Assembly (NCBI RefSeq): GCF_030684315.1
Contig: NC_081363.1
Coordinates: forward strand, 39,354,200 to 39,418,199
From: Stegostoma tigrinum
Lineage: Eukaryota
Reading direction: 5' to 3'
Length of the DNA: 64,000 nucleotides
A program made the translations under genes and the position numbers. The notes under the pieces were generated by a model, which saw nothing but the letters and a program-made list of their open reading frames with translations, made no database searches and was not told the DNA's origin. Of the stretch, positions 47,905 through 60,110 are shown piece by piece. Position 1 is the first letter of the stretch. Each line of letters begins with the position of its first letter.

Positions 47905-49960
47905 ATGAGTCACAGAGTCATGGAGCAGGGAAACAAACCCTTCGGTCCGACTCATCCATGCTGACCAGGCATCCCAGACCGATCCATTCCCATCTGTCAG
48001 CATTTGGCCCATATCCCTCTAAACCCCTCCTGCTCATATTCACGTATATTCATATAGCACCAACAGCCACAGCTTCTGCTGCAGATGTTAGATCAGCCTT
48101 CTTGAGAGTGAACCCACAGAAAGCAACTGACCCCCATGTGTTTCCCAGCCATACACTCAGATTCTGGTGGACCAGCTGGCAGGAGTATTCATTGAAATCT
48201 TTAATCTCCCTCTACTTCAATCTGAATTCCCTACCTGCTTCAAGAAGACCACCATCATCCCTGTACTGAAGAACAAGCATGTTCCAACAGTTACCACCTG
48301 GAAGCTCAGACATTTATCTTTAAGAAGGGCTTTGAGAGGCTAGTCATGACTCACATCAAATCCATTCCACCAAATTGCCTTGAACCTTTGCAATCATCCT
48401 GCTGATGCAACAGCAAATGCCGTCTCTCTGTCCCCTACATGCATCCCTGGAACATCCGGACAACAAGGATACCTACATCAGGCTCATACTTATTGACCAC
48501 AGCTCTGCCTTCAAAACCATCTTTTGCAAAAAACTAGTCTCCAAACTCCAAACCTAGGTCTTGGCTCCATAACTGATCTTTGATTTCCTGACCCGTAGAC
48601 TGCAATCGGCAAGTTAGACTACCACATAACCACCACTTTAATCTTTATCACCAGTGCCCCACAAGGCTGCCTACTCAGCCCTCTACTGTACTCCTTGTAC
48701 ATGCACAACAGTGTGGCCAAATTCCGCCCAAACTCCATTCGCATGTTTGCTGACAACACCACTATTGTAGGTCGGATCTCAAACAATAACAAGACAGAAT
48801 ACAGGAAAAAGATTGAGTGCTTAGCGATATGGTGTAAAATCTCTCTATCAACATCAGCAAAAGAAAGAAGCCTGACTTCAGGAAACAGAGCAGAGGACAC
48901 GCTCCCATCTGCATCAATGGTGCTGGTCTGGAAATGATTGAAAGCATTAATTTCTTGGGAGTAGTGATCACCAACAATCTGTCCTCCACCTACATCCTTG
49001 CAATGGTCAAGAAAGGACAACACTGCCTCTACTTTTGCAGGAAGCCATGGAAATTTGGCACGTCCACAAAGACTCTTTACACTTGTTGTAGATGCACCGT
49101 GGAAAGCATCCTATCTTGATGCATCACAGCATGTTATGTCAACTGCTCCTCCCAAGACCATATGAAACTACAGAGAGTTGTGAATTTGCCCAGTCCACCC
49201 CACAAATACGAATTCCATCCATTGACCCCATCTCTACTTCTCACTGCCTTGGGAAAGCAACTAACATAATCAAAGACCTCTCCCACCACAGCTATACCCT
49301 CTTCCACCATCTTCTGTCAGGCAGAAAGTATAAAATTTTGAATACATGTAAGAACAGATTCAACAATGGCTTCTTCCCCACTTTTGAATGGAACTCTCAA
49401 AATATTAATGCCGAGCTCTGTCTTTGAACCTTCTCTGGAGCTGCAATGCTGTATTCTGCACTCTGTTCTGCTACAGTGATGCACTTTGTATGGTACGAAC
49501 TGCCTGTAGAGCATGCAAAACAACACTGTTCACTGTATCTCGGTAACTGTGACAACAATAAACCAAACCAAACCAGATCAATTCAAATCAAATCATGTAC
49601 CCATCCAGGTGCCTTTTAAATGCTGTGATAACACCAGCCTCCACCACTTGCGCTAGTAGCTTGGTCCATACATGCAGCACACTCCAAATGAAAATGTTGT
49701 TCCTCAATGCCTTTTAAATATTTCTCCTCTCACCTTCAACAATGCCCTCTAGTTTTGGACATCCCAACTCTGGGAAAAAGACCATGGCTATTCATCCCAT
49801 CCATGCCCATCATTGTTTTATAACCCTCTATAATATCACCCCTCAGCCTCCGACACTCCAGAGCAAAATCCCCCAGACTTTTCAGCCTCTCCCTATAGGT
49901 CAACCCTCCAATCCTTGTAAATCTTTTCTGAACCCTGTCAAGTTCAACACATCTTTCTAT
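47905..49960 (-). mobile_element. CR1 3' end split by a Rex1/Babar insertion (pieces ~47905-48040 and ~49590-49960)
   Basis: GAGTCACAGAGTCATGG tail; resumes with ELDRVQKRFTR...CRRLRGDIIEGYKTM. Confidence 0.8.
48050..49592 (+). mobile_element. Rex1/Babar-type LINE RT and 3' tail
   Basis: DVRSAFLRVNPQKATDP, SAPQGCLLSPLLYSLY, SIRMFADNTTIVGRISNN, FLGVVITNNLS, with an (AAACC/AAATC)n tail. Confidence 0.85.
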
Positions 49961-50064
49961 AGTAGTTCCACCCATATAACTTCACTAGACATTCTCCTCA
50001 CTAAGTACAATCTTACTGTTACCCTTAACCAAAGCCAACCCCCGCCCCTGTTTCTCTCCTTCCT

Positions 50065-50790
50065 TTAGTGTCTATACCCTGGAACATTAAGCTGCCAGTC
50101 CATCGCCTCCCTGAACCATGTTTTTGTAATAGCCATGATATCCCAGTCCCATGTTCCAAACCATATCCTCAGTTCATCAGCTTTTCCTCTTCCATTGAAA
50201 TAAATGCAATTTAGCTTATTAGTTTTACCTCATTCTCTGCGTGCTTTTGCCTGCTTTGACTATTTAACTGGCTCTCTTTATCTATTGTACCAGCCTCAGA
50301 CTTATCTTTTTTTCTCACTATCTCTTTAGATCCCATCGCCTTACAAGTTTAAAAGCTCCTGAGTAGGGTAGGGTATCACCCTGATATCACCCTGGTATCC
50401 TGCCAGGGTATTAGTCCCCTTCCAATTCCCTTCAGTCCAAACCATCCATGCTAGCCATAATCCCAAACTACGTTAGACCCATGTGCCTGTGCTTGGCCCA
50501 CATCCCTCCAAACATTTCTTATTTATGTGCTTACCTAAATATTTTTTAAAGTGTTGTAACTATATCCACAGCTACATTTTCATCTGGAAATTCGCTCCAG
50601 GCATGAACCACTCTCTGCATAAAAAAATTGCCCATCATGTCTTTTTTAAATCTTTCTTCTCTTCTTAAAAATATGCCCATAGTCTTTAAATTCTCCACCT
50701 TAGGGGAAAGAACTTGGTTATTCATCTAATCTATACGCCTAATACATTTATAAACAGCTAAAGATCTCCCCCCCACCTCCAATGTTTCCT
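50065..50790 (-). mobile_element. CR1 fragments (endonuclease start and a separate 3' end)
   Basis: Reverse-strand WDIMAITKTWFRE motif; 3' UTR GGCCCACATCCCTCCAAAC similar to the other CR1 copies. Confidence 0.6.
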
Positions 50791-51280
50791 ATATTGTCTC
50801 TGCAGGACCTTGTTTCTTTCTCTACCACAGGAATCACCTGTGCAGAATTTTTAATTATTCCAATGTTGTAGACAGCTGTTTCATTTTAGGGTATTTTCCC
50901 AGTCTTCTTCGTGTCTCAGTGGGGCTATTTCCAGGTGTTGCTGTGGATCCACCTACTGGGCCTTCTGTTTCCATGCTCTGTTTACTGACCTGAAGTGGCT
51001 CAGATTCCCAGAGGCAGCTTCTTAATTGTCTGCCTTCAGGAAGATCACAGCTGCAATCCTGACCCAGAACTGAGACTGGTGGCTACTGGGGGAGTGCGGG
51101 TAAGTGGAGTTGAAATGCCCATCAGCCATGATTAAGTAGAGATGTGGACTTGATGGGCCAAATGGCCTTACTTCCACTCCTATGACTTATGGTCTTATGG
51201 ACTTTGGAATCATACTCCAACTGAAAACATCCAGTCCATTTCACTCTCCTCACAGATGTACCAAACTTGCTGAATATTTA

Positions 51281-51488
51281 GAGATAACAAGGTGTAGAGC
51301 TGGATGAACACAAGGAGCAAGAAGGCTGACGTTTTGGGCCTAGACCCTCATTCAGAAATTTCTGAAGAAGGGTCTAGGCCCGAAACATCAGCCTTCCTTC
51401 TCCTCTGATGCAGCTTGGCCTGCTGTGTTCATTCAGCTCTGTACCTTGTTATTTCAGATTCTCCAGTATTGGCAGTTCCTATTATCTC
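51281..51488. mobile_element. Palindromic PLE-end element with 13-bp TSD and back-to-back hammerhead motifs
   Basis: Symmetric about ...TTCAGAAATTTCTGAA.... Plus-strand core CTGAAGA-A-GGGTCTAGGCCC-GAAA-CATC (51362-51389). TGCTGAATATTTA at 51268-51280 and 51489-51501. Confidence 0.9.
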
Positions 51489-53264
51489 TGCTGAATATTT
51501 ATTTGACTTTAAGCTTTTAGCTCTGTCCATTTACACATTAAAAAAAATCCAACTGGTATTATCTGTTGAGAAAAATAATATCCAATCTGAAATTAGAGCA
51601 AAGTTCAGAAACTGCTGGAGAACAGGAGATCTGGCAGCACCAGCGGAGACCGTAGGCTCTGATTTACATCCATACCCTAGGCAAGTATGCTTTTGCACGT
51701 TTACAGGCCCAGCTGAAAAATTACTTGAGCCAGGCCATGAGCATCAATCGAATAAGATAATTTGCCCCTCCCCTAATTTACAACTAGTAGCTCATATTTC
51801 TTAAATAAGATACAAGTGCAACAGTTATACATTGTTCAATAAGTATATCTATTTTTAACTTGCTAATTTCCTGTGACATTGCCTGCAAGTAATATGCAAT
51901 CTGAGCTGCATTCATGACAATCAGAGAGGTCTTATTCAAGCTTGAGAGGGGAACTCAGTTCTGGCCCAGGGGGCAGGGTAGAAAATCTTAAGGTCAGTAC
52001 TTTGCAATAGAAAACTGTTACAGTTTCCCTTCATCGATCAATACAATTTAAAGCAAGTAACTCAAGAAATGTAACATAAATATTTATTCGTACAATGACA
52101 CATAAATCACACATAAATTTCATTAAAGGTTCCACTTAGAATAATCAAAAAGGTGCCCCACCAGGCTAATTGTTGACTGTTTGTGTCTTAATAACCCTGA
52201 CTTCACATCCTGGTGAGAATACAGCAACTTGCAGTAGATGTTTTAACCTTAGGACTGATTTTCAATCAGTCGGTATTATATGGTGCGAGAAATAATGCCT
52301 AGTCTGAAATGAGAGTAAAATTCAGGAACTGCTGGAGAACAGGAGATCTGGCAGCTCCAGTGGAGAAAGAGGGAAGTTAACATTTTGACTCCAATGACTG
52401 TCCTTCCAAACAAACGTTATTTGTAATTGCCAGCAAGGCTATTCTTTCTAGGTACAGTCCATTTGTAAGTCACGTCATTATTTTGTGGACAATTCTGGGA
52501 GTGGTATTCTACTGGAATGCAATGCACATGACATGGAGCCAGTTTTGGGAATAATAGTTCCTGAATGTGACATGCAGAAAATGACACTCGAGAGTTCTAG
52601 GATTTGTATTCTACTATCTGGTTGGACCTCAGAAGGAACGGTGATGACAACTACATACTGCAAATAGTAGAGATTTCCTGTGCACCTAATTTACCCTGTA
52701 CTTGACTACAGAATTGCTGCAGACAATAAAAATGTACAAAAACTTTCCACTTTGTAGAACTGACAAATACGAAGAAGTTTTCCAATAAAGCTTTTTATTT
52801 CACTTTCATTTTGCAAATCACACACGTACATATACTTGAGCTTTTTTTTCTCTATGGGCATAAATTAGCTGGATTGCAATTTATTTTGAAAATTGACAGC
52901 CAAGGGAGGTTGAGATACTAGTGCCTGAGGGTGGAATAATTATCTAAAAAAATGAAGCAATTGATATATTCTTAAGTTAGAGCAGTCTCTATTATATCTG
53001 CAGTGGCTTGCTTTGATAGTTTTCTGCTCCCAATGATTTTTTTGAAATGACTAATTCATTTTCCATGACAACTTGGTCTGTTCACCTTAATTGCAGTTTC
53101 AGTAACTCTTTCTATTTTGATCATCAGCTTTGTTTCAAAACCAGCAAAGAGGAAACAGTGAAATAAGCACAATAATATGTACATATGCATAGACAGTCAG
53201 GTGAAAGTCTTCAGTCCTTCTGCTCCCATTTTAGCCTGGGCAAGAAAGTTATGGAAGGGCCAGA

Positions 53265-54410
53265 CATTAGGCTACTGAATAAAATAAGAGCTCATGGTCT
53301 TGGTGTTAGTATGTTAGCACGGATACAGGATTTGATAACTAGTTGGGAATAAGGAGGGCATTCTCAGGATGGTGATCTGTAAATAGTGGTATGCCACTAA
53401 GATCAGTGATGGGGGCCACATTATTAACAATGTATATTAGTCAATTGGATGAAGAAAGTGAATGTGCTGTAGCCAGGTTTGCAAATGACACAAGGATGGG
53501 GGGGGGAGGCAAATGTTGAGGATGACACAAAGAGTCAATGGAAGAATATAGACAGGTTGGTTGAATGGACAAAAACTTGGCAGATAGAATATAATGTGGG
53601 GAAATATAAGATGATGCACTTTGATAGGAGGAATAGAGGAGCTGAATATTACTTAAATAGAAAAAGCTTTCAGAAATCTAGAGAACAGAGGTATTTGTGA
53701 GTTTCTGGTGCATGAATCTCAAAAATCTAGCATTCAGTTCAGTGGGTAATAAGGAAGGCATTTAGAATGTTGGTCTTTATTTCAAAGAGAATGGAAAATA
53801 AAACAAAAGGGGTGGTTTTGCTAAACGGTACAAGTCATTAGTCAGACTACAGCTGGAATATTGTAAACTGTTTGGGTTCCTTAACCAAGGAAAGTGAGAA
53901 TGGCATCAGAAACTGTCCAAATAAGGATCACTAGGCTGATCCTTGATATGGAGATTCTGCCTTATGAGGAAAGTTTGAGAAGATTGGGCCAGTAGTCACT
54001 GGAATATACAAGAATGAGAGATGACCTAATTGAAACATATAAGACTCTTGAAGGAATTGACAAGATAGATTCAAAAAAGTTGTTTCAACTTGTGGGAGAG
54101 TCTAGGATTAGACGATCAAAGAATAAGTGATTGTACATTCAAGGTAAAGATGAAGAAAAGCTTCCTCTGTCAGGGGATCATGAATTTGCAGGATCCTTTA
54201 CCACAGAGAGCTGTTGAGGCTGGTCATTAAGTATATTCAAGGCTGAAGTTGACAGATTTATAATCAGTAAGGGAATTGAGAGTTATGGGGAAAAGGCAGG
54301 AAAGTGGAGTTGAGGATCATGAAATCATCCATGACCTCATTGAATGGTGGAACAGACTCAATGGGCTGAATGGGCAACTTCTGCTCCTATGTCTTAATGT
54401 TCTATAGTTC
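53265..54410 (+). mobile_element. CR1 RT to 3' tail
   Basis: RFANDT, NIDRLVEWTKTWQIEYNVGK..MHF and RDDLIETYK motifs; 3' tail CTTCTGCTCCTATGTCTTA. Confidence 0.82.
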
Positions 54411-55999
54411 ATACTGGAATCTAATAGAGCTATAATGAAATATTGAGAGGATATGCTGTCAATTTGCGAAGGTGAAGCAACAAAATCTATTTAAAAGGAG
54501 GCATTCCATAAAAAGAGCCAGTCAGACTATCTCAGTGTCATTTCAGGAAAAGGTCACAACTTCTTGTTCAAACTCACAAGTTCCATTTTAATTTGCATCC
54601 CATGAGACTAGGCAAGTACCGAACCACAGTCCTGGCACAAATAAAGGGCTATGGTCGATTCTGTCAACTCTACCCATGTTACTAGTGTAGGCACTGGGGG
54701 GGACAGATCCAAATTGTGATGTTCCTCTTTCGTAGGTGATCTCCCACTAGCTTGTGTTGTTCTCACTCACATGAATATGTTTACCCACATTACTTCAACC
54801 TCCCTCATCGATCTCCTCAGCACAGAGAAGTGACTAAAAGAATGGGCTTGACTTTTCATAACCCCATGGTTTCCTCCTGCTCTGTCTTCTAACACATACC
54901 CGATTGTTGCCAAGACATTGACCAATCGTTACCACCTCCCACCCCAACTGTGAAACTCCTCACTGCTTATTCACCTTCCTGCCTGATTTCAAAAGTTAAA
55001 TCATTTTTCTTTTTAATGCCATCTTTTAATATATTTCCTGTTTTGTCTTCCTGCTATCCACCATATTGTAAGAATCTGTCAGTCCTGCAGGTCCCGTGCA
55101 AACAATAAGGGGTTCAAGTATTACTATTCAGAGACCATAGCGATGAACTGTCTAGGGAATGCCTGAAAGAAAAGGACATAAAGGTTCAGGGGCCGTCTTG
55201 ATTACCAGTTTGAGATTGTGCCAAATGTGACTTGAGTTGCTTTCAATTTTCAATGGACTGCTAAATGTTGACTGCAAATGTGAAATGGTTGTGGTCACAA
55301 CCTGAGTGGGTGGAGTCAACTTTTTTTCAGGACACGTGGTCTCCACTTCTGAGTGACAGGCGGTCTTTCAAGGAGCAGTTACACCACTTGCAGAGTATAG
55401 GTTGAAGTCAACTGTATTGATGGCATTGTACATGTGAAATGCATTGTATGCACATGGTGTGTAACTGTGTACAACTAGGGTACAGATGCTGTTCACAAGC
55501 AGTCTTGACCATACCATTTGTCTTTACAGAGTGGAAAAAGTTATTTTTCCCAAGCAGAATTAATCAAAGATGACCTTAAAATCTGCAGGCTATGGAGTAC
55601 ACAGCTAATAAAGATCTCTTGGGAAGAACTGGGGCATGGAACTGATTTCCTTTCATCTTGAACTGTGAGTATTCTGCAACATGCCATTATACATAATGAT
55701 GCTGTTCTTGGGTAATATGGGCTCGGAACACGTGGCCTCAGTAGTCATTCAGCACTTACAATCTCCTACTGCCTTTCTGTGGCAAGACTGGTGCTACAGT
55801 GATTGGAAGAAGGTCCAAGTTCAAAGTACCATGTGGAGGCATTGCATGGCACTCCTTATCCCACTGTGTGGAAGATTATGTCAAACTGTCATTTGTGATG
55901 CAAATAGTGGCTGCTTGCAATACTAAGTTGTACACTGTTCCTCTTGCAGGGTCATTGCAAGTGTAACTAGTGGATCCAGCTTCAGCAGACAATACCGTT

Positions 56000-57150
56000 G
56001 CTGTTGCTGCAATACAATGAAGATGCAGAGAAATTGAGAAGGAACAAATGTCTTAACAAGCCCAAGAGCAGCAGCAATCTCCAGCAGACACCTAAACAGC
56101 CCCCACATGAAGAGTTCACAGCAGAAGGGCACCTTCACATGTCAGAGAAATGCATGGGATATACGGGAGGGCCAGAGTCTCTCATCTTCGATGGCATTTC
56201 CTCCATATGAGTGAGGCTCAGCTGTACAGGCAGAGGATTCCCTGGCAGACAATGGCTGATGGAGCAAGACACTTAACCTGAAGAAGTAACTGGCCATCCT
56301 ACCCAAGAGACTGTTAAATTTGACTGCTAAATGTTGAATTTTCATGCTTCTCAGTCCTGCTAAAGGAATCACTAACCACTGTGCATGATTTCTCAGTTGT
56401 CCACCCACTAGAATATCAAGGCTGATAACGACGCTCCATCTCATTTCCCTGTGACGAGGTCAGTGCCGAAGCCTTGGTGGTCACTTTTAGGAACATAGGT
56501 GGCTTCTTCCGGGTACCAGAAGCAGTAAATTGTCTCCATATCACATTAATGCTGCCAAGTTTATCAACAGAGAAAAGTTTCATTTCATTGTTGTGCTAAT
56601 CACCTGAGATCATCAGCACTGCACCTTAGAAATCTGCACACAGAATGTAAATGAAATGAACACCTGCGTTTTTCATCCCTGTGAGCTGCCAAGACGAATA
56701 TATCCCTGAGGCTGCCTATGTTTGTCCTTTGTTTGAGAGGCCAGATACCTGACAAGAACAGCTACTGGGGGACATCCTGTGAGTAAGGCTGATGACTCCA
56801 ATATGCAAACTTCTGACTTGAGCGGAGCGTAGATACAATGCTATTCTTTGACCATGGCCGTTGTGGAACAGACTAATAGTCCTCCTGAAGATAAGTTCTG
56901 ATGCTTGGGTCAGTCTGAGTGTGATTTATAATAGTGCAAACAGAGAGTGCTGCATCATGCTTTGCACAATGGGAGCAGACAAAAACAGGATATGATGGAG
57001 GCTGAAAAACTAGGAGAGTGGGAGCAGTCATACAAGGAGAAAGATGAGGATATTGAGCAGGAAGATTATCGCCTTCTGTATGAGACCGTAGCAGCATTGG
57101 CTGCTACAGGCCAACAGGGCTCGATTAACACTCAGTTTTAGTTGAAAGCT
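56000..57150 (+). mobile_element. Decayed PIF/Harbinger transposase (HARBI1-like DDE)
   Basis: Frameshifted pieces in the expected order: GFFRVPEAVNCLHI (~GFP.V.GA.DCTHI), FINREKFHFIVVLIT*DH (~NRKG.HS.NVQ..CD), QLLGD, AERRYN, AVVEQT..LLK..F*CL, ALHN, then an acidic tail. Confidence 0.75.
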
Positions 57151-58192
57151 AGGGTCAGTAATCATTTATTCTCTGGTGCTTGAAAGGCAAACAATTTCTT
57201 TGTGTTTTCAGAGGCATGTGCTTCTTCTTTACATTCGATTTTTGTTCACGTTTACCGTTGATGAATAAAAGTGACTGGTTTAATGCATCTGAAGGCTTTA
57301 CAGTTTGCAATGGGTGTACATTGGGCAGTTATAAAATGCTGGATTAAACTGGGCATTTGGAAAGGGCTAGCAGTGACTTCGACAGGGTTGTAAGATAGCA
57401 GCTGGCTAAGTACAGGTAAGCTGTGGGGCCTGGTGCTCAAATAGTCATTCATGCCACTTGTGTGCTGTGAGAAACATTGGCTTGTGGTTGTTACTCCATT
57501 ACAAAGATAGCGAAGGGCTACTATGTACTGCCAATGCTTGAGGGGTACACAGCTGGGTTCAAAGATGATGCCAGTGCCAGGCATCCCAGGATATCCTGGC
57601 AGGAGCGAGTATTTTTGCCTGTGCCAAATGGGTGAATCAGAGAAGTGGAATGCACTAGGGACGTGGTTAATAGAGTGAGTTTGTGACAATAGAATGAGGA
57701 AACCACTTGGCTTCCTGGAGAGAAATCCTCCATGAAACCCACAAAGGTGATACTTGGCTAATTTCTGATAAGATTCAGCTCAATGTTTTTCTCAATGTAT
57801 CAAATTGAATACTTAAACTGTATCTGTAGGAATTGAATTCAACTTATGAATGGGAAATGGACAGATGTATGAGTACATCTGTAAGTCAGTAATTACCTTT
57901 GATTTTCTGCCTATCAAAACTAGAAACCCTGGCTAGTTGGATGATATATTTAGATCTAATTTAGGACATTGTGGTAATGTCTGAAAAAAAATCTCTGCAT
58001 TAACAAAACGTAACCAAACAGCACTTTGCAGAAAATTCCTGAAAAGTATAAATCCTACTGAAAACAAACACTATTTTCTGTACAAAAATGCACACTGACA
58101 TTGCTTAGAATGCCAACTGGGTTAGCTTGTTTTGTTACTTGTTACTTGGTTGGCAGCCAACCATATAAAGCAAACAAATCTCTGAGAATAAA

Positions 58193-58380
58193 GATAGTAG
58201 GAACTGCAGATGCTGGAGGATCTGAGATAACACGGTGTGAAGCTGGATGAACACAGCAGGCCAAGCAGCATCAGGGGAGCAGGAAAGCTGATGTTTCTGA
58301 AGAAGGGCCTCGACCCGAAACGTCAGCTTTTCCTGCTCCTCTGATGCTGCTTGTGCTGCTGTGTTCATCCAGCTTCAAAC
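58193..58380. mobile_element. Fold-back PLE-end element with 13-bp TSD and intact hammerhead core
   Basis: Arms GAAGCTGGATGAACACAGCAG / CTGCTGTGTTCATCCAGCTTC. Core CTGAAGA-A-GGGCCTCGACCC-GAAA-CGTC (58297-58324). CTCTGAGAATAAA at 58180-58192 and 58381-58393. Confidence 0.9.
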
Positions 58381-59559
58381 CTCTGAGAATAAATGGGATT
58401 TAAGTCAGAAAGATACTGGGAAGTAGCATTTTGAAGAGTGACTGGATACTGGGAAGCTATATTTATAATACATGCATTGGTATTAAAGAGATTGGTGCAC
58501 AGTCAGCATTGGATGATAAAACATAATAATTTTGTTGTAAATATCAAAAAGAACTCACACGTTCCTGAAGGCTCCTGACATCACATGAAAGAGTCCCTCG
58601 GTAAATTTAACAGCATTTTCTGCATCTTTCTGATGCAGTGACACATTCCAGTCTACTTGCCAGAGGGCTGATCTGAACTTGGTTGAAGCCTATTAGAGTC
58701 ACTGAGAAAAAAATGAATAAATGCTGGGATTCAAATTCTGTTCCTGCTGTTACTCCTTGATCAATTAACTACTTGGAGTATTCTAACTGCATTATCTTCT
58801 TTTTTAATCTATAATTTAAACAGACACAGAATGAGCGAGCATGATCAGCATATTATTGTTAATCAGAAACACGCTGCCCAAAATAATATTTACCAGTTGT
58901 AAGTAGCAGCTTTATAATTGATGCCAATGATACAGGCAAACGGTTAGCAATTTTTTGCCTGATACAGGTGACTGCCCATTTTAAGAATGGACAGTGGATG
59001 CAGTAGAGACTGCTATTAAATTGAAAGCAGGTAAATGTAGAATTGACATGCAAAGATAGAGACAAAACAGATACAATTCTATTTCAAGCTCATATCAAAT
59101 GATGGCATCAAAAATCAAGAATAAACTGTATTAATATTATGAGCAGGTTCTGGGAGTCTCTGATAGAAAAGGACCAGACACATGATCATGCAAACTGATA
59201 TGAATGTTTATTAATTACTTACACTATATTGAGAAAGATTTCATTAGAATTTTCTTCAATCAAGTCCTAGTTCCATGTCATCTGACATTATCTGACCTAG
59301 TTCATGATGCAGAATAGCAAATAGCATGTAGCTATTAATCATATATAATACATCTCCTCCAAAATTGCTATTCCTCTTAAACTATTTAGATTAATGTCAT
59401 CCAGCTCCACCTCACCTCCATAGTCACTGACACCATCATTGAGCCAGAGATATACACTGAGATAATTTGATTAGCTGTTTCGATTGTGCTCTCATTTCCT
59501 TTTGGAGGAGGCTTAGGATTCATGTCTTCCTGTAGAAGAGTGTATGAACTATCTAATGA

Positions 59560-60110
59560 ACTATCTAATGTGTTGGTCAGGCTGTCTTCCTAGTTGTTTG
59601 GGTAATTGGCCCAGTCCTATAAAGGCAAACTGTTGGTGGATCTGTTTGTCCTGAGAACTCTTGAGCAGCATGCATAAGGTAAGACCATGGATGAATTGTC
59701 TGGTTCAAAATGTGTCCTTTCTGATTCTGGTCATAGATCCACGCAGACCACTCTGCTTGGCGATCTGGTACATATGCCTTAGAGTGGCAATGGCAATTTA
59801 TAGTCTGGTTGGCTTGGTGGTGGCCTTCTTTTACCTGGTTATAGAGGATCTGAAAGAGCTAGAAGCAGTTTCTCCACTTTTACTATTGATGAGTAAAATT
59901 GTCAGTCTGTTATGAGTTCTGGTGGGGTGAGACCAGTGACTGTACAGAGCAAACACAAGGTCATGAGCTGGGGTAACACAGGGTCATCATTTCTCTTCAA
60001 TAATGGTTTGATGGTGTAGATGTCTCCCTCAGCTTCCTTGTTGGACTGTGGATATCTGGTCAATCTGGTAAAGTGGAGAAAAACTAGGTGTTGATGAAGC
60101 ATTTAAAGCA
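59560..60110 (-). mobile_element. Gypsy/Ty3 LTR retrotransposon integrase C-terminal remnant
   Basis: RYPQSNKEAEGDIYTIKPLLKRNDDP...GLTPPELI (~YPQSNG.AER...T.K.LL.K..DP...G.SP.ELL), followed by WIYDQNQKGHIL...PWSYLM. Confidence 0.72.

Noticed and set aside
51940-51975. GAGAGGGGAACTCAG..TGGCCC resembling the LBH-domain ESGELRWP
   Set aside because: No single frame gives the motif, and the preceding RLPSIVVEP is absent.
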